A stretch of 32,000 bases of DNA, from the NCBI RefSeq assembly GCF_000012905.2, contig NC_007493.2, forward strand, positions 360,001 to 392,000. Direction: 5' to 3'. The notes under the pieces were generated by a model that saw only the letters and a program-made list of their open reading frames with translations, had not been told where the DNA came from and did no database searches. The translations under genes were made by a program, and so were the position numbers. Of the stretch, positions 20,070 through 29,582 are shown piece after piece. Every line of letters starts with the position of its first letter. Position 1 is the stretch's first letter. Source of the stretch: Cereibacter sphaeroides 2.4.1. GTDB lineage: Bacteria; Pseudomonadota; Alphaproteobacteria; Rhodobacterales; Rhodobacteraceae.

Positions 20070-20684
20070 ATGCGGCGATTGATCGGTGCATTGGGCGCGG
20101 CGGTCGTGGGCTTGGGTCTTGCCTCGGGGCCGACCGCGGGTCTGGCCGATGGGCTGAAGATCCAGCGATCCACGATGAACCGGGCGGGAATCTTCAAGTC
20201 GCAGACGCGACTTCTCGACGGGCGCCTGTCGCAGCAGTACGAAAGCTCCACCCGGCTGAAGCCGAAGGTCGAGAAGCTGGCGGCGGCTCTGCCGACGGCG
20301 CGCTACAACGGCCGCTACAAGGGCGAGTTCCTCGAATCGGCCAAGTCCGCGGCGCGCAAGCATGGCGTGCCGGAGGATCTCTATCTCCGGCTCGTGCAGC
20401 AGGAATCGGGCTGGAACCCCGGCGCGGTCTCGGTGAAGGGCGCCACGGGGCTGGCCCAGCTGATGCCGGGCACGGCGCAGCTTTTGCGGGTGAACATCAA
20501 CGACCCGCATCAGAATCTCGAGGGCGGGGCGCGGTACCTCAAGATGATGTACAACAAGTTCGGCACCTGGCAGCTCGCGCTTGCCGCCTACAATGCCGGG
20601 CCGCAGGCGGTCGAGAAACATTCGGGCATCCCGCCCTACCGCGAGACGCAGAACTATGTGAAGGTCATCTGGGGCAACGGCTGA
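20070..20684 (+). CDS. Lytic transglycosylase (SLT-domain) protein, secreted
   Basis: It has a signal-like N-terminus ([20 protein letters not shown]) and SLT motifs (QQESGWNP catalytic Glu, [17 protein letters not shown]). The start is ambiguous between 20055 and 20070. Confidence 0.8.
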   Translation: MRRLIGALGAAVVGLGLASGPTAGLADGLKIQRSTMNRAGIFKSQTRLLDGRLSQQYESSTRLKPKVEKLAAALPTARYNGRYKGEFLESAKSAARKHGVPEDLYLRLVQQESGWNPGAVSVKGATGLAQLMPGTAQLLRVNINDPHQNLEGGARYLKMMYNKFGTWQLALAAYNAGPQAVEKHSGIPPYRETQNYVKVIWGNG

Positions 20685-20796
20685 CGCCGCCGACGGCCGT
20701 CTCGAGAGCTTTCTGCGTTCACGCGTCGGAAGCGGCCGAGGGCTCTCTGCCCTCATGCCTCGGAAGCGGCCGCAGCGGGCCGCCCCCGATCCTCAT

Positions 20797-22089
20797 TCAT
20801 TCCAGCGTGCCGTCTGCCGAGATGCGGGTCTTGCCGCCGAGATAGGGATGCAGCGCCTCGGGCAGCTCCACGGAGCCATCCTCCTGCTGTCCGTTCTCGA
20901 GCACCGCGATCAGGCAGCGGCCCACGGCGAGGCCCGAGCCGTTCAGCGTATGGACGAACTCGGGCTTGCCGCCGCCTGCCGGGCGGAAGCGGGCGTTCAT
21001 GCGCCGCGCCTGGAAATCGCCGCAGACCGAGACCGAGCTGATCTCGCGGTAGGTGTTCTGCCCGGGCAGCCAGACCTCGAGATCGTGGGTCTTGGTCGCC
21101 CCGAAGCCCATGTCGCCGGTGCAGAGGACGATGGTGCGGTAGGGCAGGCCCAGCTTCTGCAGGATCGCTTCGGCACAGCCGGTCATGCGCTCATGTTCGG
21201 CCAGCGAGGTCTCGGGCGTGGTGATCGAGACCATCTCGACCTTCTCGAACTGGTGCTGGCGCAGCATCCCGGACGTGTCCTTGCCCGCGCTGCCCGCCTC
21301 CGAGCGGAAGCACTGGGTATGGGCGGTCATGCGGATCGGCAGCTGCGCTTCGTCGAGGATCTCGCCCGCGACCGAGTTGGTCAGCGTCACCTCGGAGGTG
21401 GGGATCAGCCACCAGCCGTTCGTGGTCTGGTAGCTGTCTTCGGAGAATTTCGGCAGCTGGCCGGTGCCGAACATCGCCTCGTCCTTGACCAGAACCGGCG
21501 TCCAGGTCTCGGTCAGCCCGTGCTCGGTCACATGGGTGTCGAGCATGAACTGCGCGAGCGCGCGGTGGACGCGGATCACCGCGCCCTTCAGCATCACGAA
21601 GCGGCTGCCCGAGAGCTTGGCGGCGGTGGCGAAATCCATCCCCGGCTTCACGCCCGCGATCTCGAAATGCTCCTTCGGCGCGAAGTTGAAGCCGCGCGGC
21701 GTGCCCCAGCGGCGGATCTCGACGTTGGCGCTCTCGTCGGGGCCCTCCGGCACCTCGTCGAGCGGCAGGTTCGGGATCGCCGCCAGCATGTCGCGCAGGC
21801 GCGCATCCTCGGCCGCGGCCTCCTCGTTCAGCCGCGCCACCTCGGCCTTCTTCTCGGCCACGAGGGCGCGCAGCCGCTCGAACTCGGCCTCGTCGCCGCG
21901 GGCCTTGGCCGCACCGACCTCCTTGGAGGCCCGGTTCTGCTCGGCCTGCGCGGTCTCGGCGGCGAGGATCTTCGACCGCCGCGCCTCGTCGATGGCGAGG
22001 ATCTCGCCCGAGAGCGCCGAAAGCCCGCGCCGCGAGAGCGCGGTGTCGAAGCGGTCGGGAAACTCGCGGATGATGCGGATGTCGTGCAT
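20797..22089 (-). CDS. serS: Seryl-tRNA synthetase
   Basis: The 430-aa ORF has an N-terminal coiled-coil arm and class II motifs ([25 protein letters not shown]). Confidence 0.96.
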   Translation of the reverse strand: MHDIRIIREFPDRFDTALSRRGLSALSGEILAIDEARRSKILAAETAQAEQNRASKEVGAAKARGDEAEFERLRALVAEKKAEVARLNEEAAAEDARLRDMLAAIPNLPLDEVPEGPDESANVEIRRWGTPRGFNFAPKEHFEIAGVKPGMDFATAAKLSGSRFVMLKGAVIRVHRALAQFMLDTHVTEHGLTETWTPVLVKDEAMFGTGQLPKFSEDSYQTTNGWWLIPTSEVTLTNSVAGEILDEAQLPIRMTAHTQCFRSEAGSAGKDTSGMLRQHQFEKVEMVSITTPETSLAEHERMTGCAEAILQKLGLPYRTIVLCTGDMGFGATKTHDLEVWLPGQNTYREISSVSVCGDFQARRMNARFRPAGGGKPEFVHTLNGSGLAVGRCLIAVLENGQQEDGSVELPEALHPYLGGKTRISADGTLE

Positions 22090-22131
22090 GGGGTCACCTT
22101 GGCTGAAGGGCGAGCCCCCGGCCCTTCGGTG

Positions 22132-22167
22132 CCGGAGGATCGGGCCTCTAATGCCCGATACCTCCGG
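22132..22167 (-). terminator. Strong hairpin downstream of sodC (probable terminator, inside the sodC-serS spacer)
   Basis: CCGGAGGATCGGGC / GCCCGAT(A)CCTCCGG pairs over 14 bp with one bulge and a 7-nt loop. There is no U-tract. A second 7-bp hairpin (GAAGGGC...GCCCTTC, 22105-22127) follows. Confidence 0.5.
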
Positions 22168-22195
22168 TCAGGTGAACCGAAATCTTGCCTGCGGC

Positions 22196-22753
22196 CTATT
22201 CGATGACAGCGCAGGCGAGCCGGTCGCCGGCATCGCCTGCGGGCTGGCTCACATAGTCGTCGGGCCCGGAATGGAGCATGAGCGCGCGCCCCGTCAGATC
22301 CGAGGCATTCTCGCCGCCGAGCTGGACGAAGGTGTTGAAGACCTGCGCGCGTAGGATGCCGTCGGCGCCGACATACTGGTTCGGCATGTCGCCCGAATGG
22401 GGGCCGGCCTCGACCATCAGCCCGTGCTCCGTTTCCGCGATCGAGAAGTGACCGCCGGCGGATTTGAAGCCCGTGCCCGTATCGCATTCGCCGGTCTCGT
22501 GAATGTGAAACCCGAGCCAGCTCTCCGGCGGCAACCCCTGCAGGTCGAGCGTGAACAGAACACCGTGGGGCAGGGGGGCGATGGTGGCCTTCCCGAGAGG
22601 CGTGCCCTCGACCGACATGAAGGTGGCCGTCCGTTCCGGGAAGCCCGGCTGTCCGGGCGCGGCGGTGGCATTCTCGGCTCGCGCCGGAACGTCCTGGGCA
22701 AGGGCGGGGGCGGCCAGAAGGGCCGCGGCGGCGATGGCGATGGTCCTCGACAT
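22196..22753 (-). CDS. sodC: Periplasmic Cu,Zn superoxide dismutase
   Basis: It has a signal peptide (MSRTIAIAAAALLAAPALA) and SodC metal-ligand motifs (FHIHETGEC, AGGHF, HSGDMPN, LMLHSGPDD, and a C-terminal Cys in LACAVIE). Confidence 0.9.
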   Translation of the reverse strand: MSRTIAIAAAALLAAPALAQDVPARAENATAAPGQPGFPERTATFMSVEGTPLGKATIAPLPHGVLFTLDLQGLPPESWLGFHIHETGECDTGTGFKSAGGHFSIAETEHGLMVEAGPHSGDMPNQYVGADGILRAQVFNTFVQLGGENASDLTGRALMLHSGPDDYVSQPAGDAGDRLACAVIE

Positions 22754-23044
22754 GTGTCTCCTCCGTCGGATGGGGCGGCTCGGGTCTTCCGGCCACCGGG
22801 TTCAGCCGAGGAAACGGGAGGGGCGCGCGACTGTTCCCTGCGTTGGCCCCGTCTCCGGCCGGCGGCCGGCATGTCGGGAGATCGGACCCTGCGCCCGCCC
22901 GGGCCGGTTCATCCCGGGCTTGGAACCGCGCGTCGCGTGCATATATGGGCGCCCATGGCTTGCTTGCCATCGCGGCACCCCGCGGCTAGGGTGCGCCCCG
23001 CCAAAGTCCGGGCCTGATCCCCGGGTGAATCCAAGAGGACGACA

Positions 23045-23371
23045 ATGTTCGTGACCCCCGCCTTCGCCCAGGCCGCTTCTGGCGGTGCTGCCGGCGCCTT
23101 CACCAGTTTCGTGCCGCTGATCCTGATCTTCGTGATCATGTATTTCCTTCTGATCCGTCCTCAGCAGAAAAAACTGAAGGAACACAAGGCTATGGTGGAA
23201 GCGCTCCGCCGTGGCGATCAGGTTCTCACCGGCGGCGGCATCGTCGGCAAGGTGGTGAAGGTCCACGAGGACGGCATCGTCGATGTCGAGATCGCCGATG
23301 GCGTGAAGGTCCGCGTGATGAAATCCACCATCGTTCAGGTCATGTCCAAGACCGAACCTGCTGCCGCCTGA
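23045..23371 (+). CDS. yajC: Preprotein translocase subunit YajC
   Basis: The 108-aa ORF has a single TM helix followed by the YajC signature (YFLLIRPQQKKLKEHKAM...GDQVLTGGGIVGKV). AAGAGGA lies upstream. Confidence 0.92.
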   Translation: MFVTPAFAQAASGGAAGAFTSFVPLILIFVIMYFLLIRPQQKKLKEHKAMVEALRRGDQVLTGGGIVGKVVKVHEDGIVDVEIADGVKVRVMKSTIVQVMSKTEPAAA

Positions 23372-23386
23372 TCGGATCGGGTCCAG

Positions 23387-25051
23387 ATGCTCCATTTCCC
23401 CGTTTGGAAGCGCGTTCTGATCTGGGGCATCTGTGCCCTCGCGATCCTCTATGCCGCGCCCAACTTCTTCTACAGCCGCGTCGAAAGTCACAATGATGCG
23501 GTCGCCGCCATCGAGAAGGCCGGGGGAACCGCCACTCCCGAGCAGACGGCGGCGGTGGGGCTCTGGCCCGAATGGCTGCCTTCGAACATCGTGAACCTCG
23601 GCCTCGACCTGCGCGGCGGCGCGCATCTTCTGGCCGAGGTCCGGGTCGAGGACGTCTATGCCGCGCGCATGGACGGGCTCTGGCCGGAGGTGCGCGACGC
23701 GCTCCGCGGCCTGCGCGATCAGGTGGGCTCGATCCGGCGGCAGACCGCGCCGGCGGGCGAGCTTCGGGTGGCGATCTCGCGCCCCGAGGGGATGCAGGCG
23801 GCGCTCGAGGCCGCGCGCAGGCTGGCCCAGCCCGTGGTGTCCTTCACGGGCATGGGGCAGAACGACATCGAGATCTCGAGCCAGGGCGACGTGCTGGTGA
23901 TCCGCCTGACCGACGCCGAGAAGACGGCGATGGACAGCCGGACGGTGCAGCAGAGCCTCGAGATCATCCGCCGCCGTGTCGACGAGGTCGGCACGCGCGA
24001 GCCCACCATCCAGCGCCAGGGCGAGGACCGGATCCTGATCCAGGTGCCGGGCATCGGCTCGGCTGCCGAGCTGAAGTCGCTCATCGGAACGACGGCGAAG
24101 CTGACCTTCCATCCGGTGCTCGGCCGCACCGCCGACGCGCAGAGCAGCGCGAGCGGCGATCTCGTGCTGCCGGCGGCCAACGAGCAGGGGATCTTCTACG
24201 TCCTCGACCGCTCGCCCGTCGTGACCGGCGAGGAGCTCGTCGACGCCCAGCCCTCGTTCGACCAGAACAACCGCCCGGCGGTCAGCTTCCGCTTCAATCC
24301 CTCGGGGGCGCGGGCCTTCGGCGACTATACGGCGCAGAACATCGGCAAGCCCTTCGCGATCGTCCTCGACAATGAGGTGATCTCGGCCCCGGTGATCCAG
24401 GCGCATATCGCGGGCGGCTCCGGCATCATCACCGGCAACTTCTCGGTCGAGGAATCCACCGAGCTCGCCGTCCTCCTGCGCGCAGGCGCGCTGCCGGCCG
24501 AGATGACCTTCCTCGAGGAACGGACCATCGGCCCGGAACTCGGGCAGGATTCGATCGACGCCGGCCGGACGGCCGCCATCGTGGGCATGATCGCCGTCGT
24601 GGCCTTCATGATCGCGAGCTACGGCTGGTTCGGCGTGCTGGCCAACATCGCGCTCGCCATCAACATGCTGGCGATCATCGCGCTCCTGTCGGTGGTGGGG
24701 GCGACCCTGACGCTGCCGGGCATCGCGGGCATCGTGCTGACCATCGGCGTGGCGGTGGATGCGAACGTGCTGATCTACGAACGGATCCGCGAGGAGCTGA
24801 GGCAGGGCAAGCAGCCGGGCCGCGCCATCGAACTCGGCTTCGAGAAGGCCCTGTCCGCCATCGTCGATGCCAACGTCACCACCTTCCTCGTGGCACTCAT
24901 CATGTTTCTCGTGGGGGCCGGGCCCGTGCGCGGCTTTGCCGTGACGCTGACCATCGGCATCTTCACGTCGGTCTTCACGGCCGTCTACGTCACCCGGATC
25001 CTGATCGCCACCTGGTTCGCCTGGCGGCGGCCGCGCACCATCGTCGTCTGA
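23387..25051 (+). CDS. secD: Protein translocase subunit SecD
   Basis: The ORF is 554 aa. It has LGLDLRGG, a large periplasmic domain, and C-terminal TM helices with LTLPGIAGIVLTIGVAVDANVLIYERIREE. Confidence 0.95.
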   Translation: MLHFPVWKRVLIWGICALAILYAAPNFFYSRVESHNDAVAAIEKAGGTATPEQTAAVGLWPEWLPSNIVNLGLDLRGGAHLLAEVRVEDVYAARMDGLWPEVRDALRGLRDQVGSIRRQTAPAGELRVAISRPEGMQAALEAARRLAQPVVSFTGMGQNDIEISSQGDVLVIRLTDAEKTAMDSRTVQQSLEIIRRRVDEVGTREPTIQRQGEDRILIQVPGIGSAAELKSLIGTTAKLTFHPVLGRTADAQSSASGDLVLPAANEQGIFYVLDRSPVVTGEELVDAQPSFDQNNRPAVSFRFNPSGARAFGDYTAQNIGKPFAIVLDNEVISAPVIQAHIAGGSGIITGNFSVEESTELAVLLRAGALPAEMTFLEERTIGPELGQDSIDAGRTAAIVGMIAVVAFMIASYGWFGVLANIALAINMLAIIALLSVVGATLTLPGIAGIVLTIGVAVDANVLIYERIREELRQGKQPGRAIELGFEKALSAIVDANVTTFLVALIMFLVGAGPVRGFAVTLTIGIFTSVFTAVYVTRILIATWFAWRRPRTIVV

Positions 25052-25060
25052 GGAGCTCCC

Positions 25061-26035
25061 ATGGCTTTCCGCCTCAAACTCTGCCCCGAAAAGACGAACA
25101 TCGACTTCTTCTGGGCCGCGCCGGTCACCTTCGGCTTCTCGGTCTTCCTGATGGCGGCCTCGCTCGTGGCCTGGCTGACGCTGGGGCTGAATTTCGGGAT
25201 CGACTTCCGCGGCGGCACGACGATCCGGACGGAATCGACACAGGCCGTGGATGTGGCCGCCTATCGCGCCGCCCTCGAGGGGCAGGATCTTGGCGACATC
25301 TCGATCACCGAGGTCTTCGATCCCGGCTTCCGCGCGGATCAGCACGTCGCCATGGTCCGCATCGGCGCACAGGACGCGACCCAGTCGATCACGCCCGAGC
25401 AGATCGGACAGGTCGAGGAGGCGCTGAAGACCGTCGATCCGTCCATCACCTTCCCGTCCGTCGAGTCGGTGGGGCCGAAGGTCTCGGGCGAGCTGATCCG
25501 GTCGGCGATCCTGGCGGTCGCCGCCGCCTGCGCGGGCATCGCCGTCTATATCTGGCTCAGGTTCGAATGGCAGTTCGCCCTGGGCTCGGTGGCCGCATTG
25601 ATCCACGACGTGCTGGTGACGATCGGCGTCTTCGCGCTGTTCCAGATCAAGTTCGACCTGACGACGGTCGCGGCCCTCCTCACCGTTCTCGGCTATTCGA
25701 TCAACGACACGGTGGTGGTGTTCGACCGGCTGCGCGAGAACCTCGTCAAGTACAAGACCATGCCGCTCCGCGACGTGATGAACCTCTCGGTCAACGAGAC
25801 GCTGAGCCGGACGATCATGACGCTGATGACCACACTCATCGCGCTCGTGTCGCTTCTCGTCTTCGGCGGCGACGTGATCCGCGGCTTCGTCTTCGCCATC
25901 ACCTTCGGCGTGGTGATCGGGACCTATTCCTCGGTCTACATGGCCAAGAACATCGTGCTCTATCTCGGCGTGGACCGGGGTGGGCCGAAGAAGGACAGCA
26001 AGGCGGGCACTCAGTTCGCCAATATCGACGCCTGA
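25061..26035 (+). CDS. secF: Protein translocase subunit SecF
   Basis: The ORF is 324 aa, with GIDFRGGT and the SecF TM core (YSINDTVVVFDRLREN). It lies 9 nt after secD. Confidence 0.95.
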   Translation: MAFRLKLCPEKTNIDFFWAAPVTFGFSVFLMAASLVAWLTLGLNFGIDFRGGTTIRTESTQAVDVAAYRAALEGQDLGDISITEVFDPGFRADQHVAMVRIGAQDATQSITPEQIGQVEEALKTVDPSITFPSVESVGPKVSGELIRSAILAVAAACAGIAVYIWLRFEWQFALGSVAALIHDVLVTIGVFALFQIKFDLTTVAALLTVLGYSINDTVVVFDRLRENLVKYKTMPLRDVMNLSVNETLSRTIMTLMTTLIALVSLLVFGGDVIRGFVFAITFGVVIGTYSSVYMAKNIVLYLGVDRGGPKKDSKAGTQFANIDA

Positions 26036-26041
26036 CCGGAC

Positions 26042-26062
26042 GGGCGGCCCGCAAGGCCGCCC
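26042..26062 (+). terminator. Hairpin immediately after secF
   Basis: GGGCGGCC-CGCAA-GGCCGCCC forms an 8-bp perfect stem 6 nt after the stop. There is no U-tract. Confidence 0.5.
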
Positions 26063-26210
26063 AATCCCGTTCAGGGCTCTGGTACCCGTTCCGTTCCGGT
26101 CGCGTCCGTGCCTGACCGACTGCCGTGCGACTGCGGCCCCGCCGGGCCGCGAGGGTCGCCGCCCATGCCCGACCGGCGCCAAAGGCGCGGTCCGAAGCGG
26201 AGGATGCGCC

Positions 26211-26564
26211 ATGCGCCTGACCGAGATCACCTACGACAGCGCCCAGCCCGTCGAGGGCTACGGGCCCGGCTATTTCCGCATCGGCGGCGAGGTGCTGGAG
26301 GGTGCCTGCCTGATCTCGCCCTGGGGGGCGGGGCCCTGGGGCGGGCTCGAGGACATGGCCGGACCCCTCGCGCTGATCGACCGGATCGACGTGCTCTTCG
26401 TGGGCATGGGCGCGGACGTGGCCCATGTGCCGCAGGCCTTCCGGGCGGCGCTGGAAGAGGCCGGGATCGGCGTCGAAGCCATGTCCTCCCCCGCCGCCTG
26501 CCGCACCTACAATGTGCTGCTTTCGGAAGGCCGCCGCGTGGCCATCGCGCTTCTGCCGGTCTGA
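26211..26564 (+). CDS. Mth938-like (DUF498) domain protein
   Basis: The 117-aa ORF starts at ATG 26211 with GGAGGA 6 nt upstream. The sequence (ITYDSAQPVEGYGPGYFRIGGEVLEGACLI..., IDVLFVGMGAD..., ACRTYNVLLSEGRRVAIALLPV) is typical of this family. The longer track ORF (25980) overlaps secF and was not used. Confidence 0.75.
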   Translation: MRLTEITYDSAQPVEGYGPGYFRIGGEVLEGACLISPWGAGPWGGLEDMAGPLALIDRIDVLFVGMGADVAHVPQAFRAALEEAGIGVEAMSSPAACRTYNVLLSEGRRVAIALLPV

Positions 26565-26631
26565 CGCGCGCCGCAAAGGCCGCCGCCCCGAAGCCCTTCC
26601 GCCGGCGCGGCTTATGCGCTAGGGCAGGCCC

Positions 26632-27264
26632 ATGGATCTGACCGTCACCAACCTCGCCTGCGCCCGCGGCGGCGTGACCGTGCTCGAGCGCGTGAGCTTC
26701 CGGCTCTCGCGCGGCGCGGCGCTGATCCTGCGGGGGCCGAACGGCATCGGCAAGACGACGCTCCTGCGGACGGTGGCGGGGTTGCAGCCGGCCGTGGCGG
26801 GCGAGATCTCGATGCCGCCCGAGGCCGTGGCCTATGCCGCCCATGCCGACGGGCTGAAGGCCACGCTGACGGTGGCCGAGAACCTCGCCTTCTGGGCGGC
26901 GATCTACGGCACCGACCGCGCCGCCCGCGCCATCGAGCGGATGAACCTCGCGGCACTGGCCGACCGGCAGGCGCAGAACCTGTCCGCCGGACAGAAGCGG
27001 CGGCTGGGGCTCGCGCGGCTTCTGGTGACGGGTCGCCCGCTCTGGGTGCTGGACGAGCCCACCGTCTCGCTCGATGCGGCCTCGGTGGCGCTCTTCGGCG
27101 ACGTGGTGCGCACGCATCTGGCCGAGGGAGGTGCTGCGCTGATGGCCACCCACATCGATCTCGGACTGGCCGAGGCGGAGGTGCTGGATCTGGCGCCCTA
27201 CCGCGCCGAGACGCCGGCCGGCACCGAGCCCGCCGACGATCCCTTCGCCGGGGTGACGGCATGA
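26632..27264 (+). CDS. ccmA: Heme exporter ATP-binding protein CcmA (HelA)
   Basis: It is an ABC ATPase with Walker A (GPNGIGKTT), signature (LSAGQKRRL) and Walker B (LWVLDEP). It is the first gene of the ccm cluster. Confidence 0.9.
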   Translation: MDLTVTNLACARGGVTVLERVSFRLSRGAALILRGPNGIGKTTLLRTVAGLQPAVAGEISMPPEAVAYAAHADGLKATLTVAENLAFWAAIYGTDRAARAIERMNLAALADRQAQNLSAGQKRRLGLARLLVTGRPLWVLDEPTVSLDAASVALFGDVVRTHLAEGGAALMATHIDLGLAEAEVLDLAPYRAETPAGTEPADDPFAGVTA

Positions 27265-27917
27265 TCGCGCTTCTCCTCCGGGACCTGCGGCTCGCGCTGC
27301 GGGCGGGCGGCGGCTTCGGCCTGGGCCTCGCCTTCTTCCTGCTGGTGGCCGTCCTCGTGCCGCTCGGCGTCGGGCCCGAGCCTGCGACGCTGGCGAAGAT
27401 CGCGCCCGGCATCCTCTGGGTCGGCGCGCTCCTGGCCTGTCTTCTCTCGCTCGACCGGATCTTCGCGCTCGATCACGAGGACGGATCGCTCGATCTCCTC
27501 GCCACCGCCCCCATCCCGCTCGAGGGGGTGGTGGCGGTGAAGGCCTGCGCGCACTGGATCGTCACCGGCCTGCCGCTGACGCTGGTCTCGCCGCTGCTCG
27601 GGCTCCTGATGAACCTGCCGGCCGAGGGCTATCCGCTGCTTCTGGCCTCGCTCGCCATCGGCACGCCGGCGCTCTCGGTGATCGGCACCTTCGGCGCGGC
27701 CCTCACCGTCGGGCTGAAGCGGGGCGGGCTCCTGCTCAGCCTCCTCGTGCTGCCGCTCTATGTGCCGACCCTCGTCTTCGGGGCCGAGGCGGTGCGGCGC
27801 GGTGCGCTCGGCATGGATGTCGCGACCCCATTCCTCCTTCTCGGAGGCATCACGGCGGGTGTCGCGGCCCTGCTACCTTTCGCCTCAGCAGCCGCCGTTC
27901 GGATAAATCTCCGGTAA
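27261..27917 (+). CDS. ccmB: Heme exporter membrane protein CcmB (HelB)
   Basis: The 218-aa polytopic protein has CcmB-like sequence ([23 protein letters not shown]). It has an ATGA overlap with ccmA. Confidence 0.9.
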   Translation: MIALLLRDLRLALRAGGGFGLGLAFFLLVAVLVPLGVGPEPATLAKIAPGILWVGALLACLLSLDRIFALDHEDGSLDLLATAPIPLEGVVAVKACAHWIVTGLPLTLVSPLLGLLMNLPAEGYPLLLASLAIGTPALSVIGTFGAALTVGLKRGGLLLSLLVLPLYVPTLVFGAEAVRRGALGMDVATPFLLLGGITAGVAALLPFASAAAVRINLR

Positions 27918-27959
27918 CGAACTCGCGGCTTGAATCCACGACGGGAACCGCCTAGCTCC

Positions 27960-28694
27960 ATGGCCATGTCGATCTGGGAATACGCCAACCCGAAGAAGTT
28001 CATGGAGACCTCCTCCATCGCGCTGCCCTGGGCCACGGGCGGGGCGCTGCTCTGCCTGATCGTGGGGCTGGTCTGGGGATTCTTCTTCACGCCCGACGAC
28101 TTCAAGCAGGGCTCGACCGTCAAGATCATCTATCTGCATGTGCCCTCGGCGCTGATGGCCATCAACGCCTGGCTCATGATGCTGGCCGCCTCGCTGATCT
28201 GGCTGGTCCGCAGGCACCATGTCTCGGCCCTGGCCGCAAAGGCCGCGGGGCCCGTCGGGCTGACCTTCACCCTGGTCGCGCTGGTCACCGGCGCGGTCTG
28301 GGGGCAGCCGATGTGGGGCACCTGGTGGGCCTGGGATCCGCGGCTGACCTCGTTCCTGATCCTCGCGCTCTTCTACCTCGGCTATATCGCGCTCTGGCAG
28401 GCGGTCGAGAACCCGGATACGGCGGCCGACCTCACCTCGGTCCTCTGCATCGTGGGCTCGGTCTTCGCAGTGCTCAGCCGCTATGCGGTGAACTTCTGGA
28501 ACCAGGGCCTGCATCAGGGCGCCTCGCTCTCGCTCGACAAGGAGGAGAACGTGGCCGACGTGTTCTATTTCCCGCTGCTCGTCTGCATCGCGGGGTTCGT
28601 CCTCCTGTTCCTGACGCTCGTGCTCCTGCGCACCCGGACCGAGATCCGCGTGCGCCGCGTGCAGGCGCTTCTCGCGCGGGAGCGCATGGCATGA
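27960..28694 (+). CDS. ccmC: Heme exporter/heme lyase component CcmC (HelC)
   Basis: It carries the WWD motif (WGTWWAWDPRLTS) and an N-terminal MSIWEYANPKKF-type sequence. ATG 27960 or 27966 is the likely start, rather than TTG 27930. Confidence 0.9.
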   Translation: MAMSIWEYANPKKFMETSSIALPWATGGALLCLIVGLVWGFFFTPDDFKQGSTVKIIYLHVPSALMAINAWLMMLAASLIWLVRRHHVSALAAKAAGPVGLTFTLVALVTGAVWGQPMWGTWWAWDPRLTSFLILALFYLGYIALWQAVENPDTAADLTSVLCIVGSVFAVLSRYAVNFWNQGLHQGASLSLDKEENVADVFYFPLLVCIAGFVLLFLTLVLLRTRTEIRVRRVQALLARERMA

Positions 28695-28852
28695 TCCCCG
28701 ATCTCGGCAAATATGCGGTCTCGGTGCTGACCGCCTACGGCGCCTCGATCGCGCTTCTTGCGGGGCTGGTGGCGCTGTCGCTCTGGCGCGGCGCGCGGGT
28801 GCGGCGGATGCTCCGCGAGGTGGAGCAGCGGCAGGGGCGCATCGATGGCTAA
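28691..28852 (+). CDS. ccmD: Heme exporter protein CcmD (HelD)
   Basis: The 53-aa ORF has a single TM helix (LGKYAVSVLTAYGASIALLAGLVAL) followed by a basic tail. It has an ATGA overlap with ccmC and sits in the expected position. Confidence 0.75.
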   Translation: MIPDLGKYAVSVLTAYGASIALLAGLVALSLWRGARVRRMLREVEQRQGRIDG

Positions 28853-29384
28853 GGTTCTGATGTTCGTGCCGCCCGTCCTCTTCGCCGGGCTCGCCGCCAT
28901 GTTCTTCGTGGGCATGCAGCGCGAGAATCCCGACGAACTGCCCTCGGCGCTGGCGGGAAAGCCCGCGCCCGCGGTCCGGACCGAGCCCTTGGGCGACCAT
29001 CCGCCGTTCGAGGATGCGATCCTGCGCGCGCCGGGCGTGAAGCTCGTGAACTACTGGGCCAGCTGGTGCGCCCCCTGCCGGGTCGAGGCGCCGACGCTCG
29101 AGGCGCTGGCCGCCGACGGGGTCGAGATCCACGGCGTGAACTACAAGGATAAGCCCGAGAATGCCGAGGCCTTCCTGGCCGAGCTGGGCAACCCCTACGC
29201 CACGCTGGGCGCCGACGCCTCCGGCCGGATGGCCCTCGACTGGGGCGTCTATGGCGTGCCGGAAACCTATGTGATCGACGGCAAGGGCCGCATCGTGCTC
29301 CGCTTCCCGGGTCCCGTCACCGAGCGGGTGCTCGAAGAGACGATCCGCCCCGCCATGGAGAAGGCGGCCGCAGCCGCCCGGTAA
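28845..29384 (+). CDS. ccmG: Thiol:disulfide oxidoreductase CcmG/DsbE (HelX)
   Basis: It has an N-terminal membrane anchor, a thioredoxin fold with WCAPC, and a GVYGVPETYVIDGKG motif. It overlaps ccmD by 8 nt. Confidence 0.9.
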   Translation: MAKVLMFVPPVLFAGLAAMFFVGMQRENPDELPSALAGKPAPAVRTEPLGDHPPFEDAILRAPGVKLVNYWASWCAPCRVEAPTLEALAADGVEIHGVNYKDKPENAEAFLAELGNPYATLGADASGRMALDWGVYGVPETYVIDGKGRIVLRFPGPVTERVLEETIRPAMEKAAAAAR

Positions 29385-29526
29385 CTCCCGACAGACTGGC
29401 ACCTCCCGGCCCCATCGGCTCCCGGGCGCATGGGCCGCCCGTCCGCGCGCCCTTTCATTCTGGCCCAAATATCCCCGCCGGAGGCTCCGACGCCGGACCG
29501 CAGCGGCGTCTCCCACCGCTGGAGCG

Positions 29527-29562
29527 CCAAAGAAACGCCCCGGCCAGCCGACCGGGGCGTCT
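29527..29562 (-). terminator. Rho-independent terminator of acnA
   Basis: The minus strand reads ACGCCCCGG-TCGGCTGG-CCGGGGCGT (9-bp perfect stem, 29560..29535) followed by TTCTTTGG. It starts about 20 nt after the acnA stop. Confidence 0.65.
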
Positions 29563-29582
29563 CTCGGATCCCTGCGAGGGTC

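Noticed and set aside
22802-26230. A 1142-aa ORF on the minus strand spanning the whole yajC-secD-secF region
   Set aside because: It is exactly antisense to three well-supported conserved genes. Its translation is low-complexity and rich in Arg, Gly, Asp and His, with no recognisable motifs. Stop codons are rare in antisense frames of high-GC coding DNA. I treat it as a shadow ORF.
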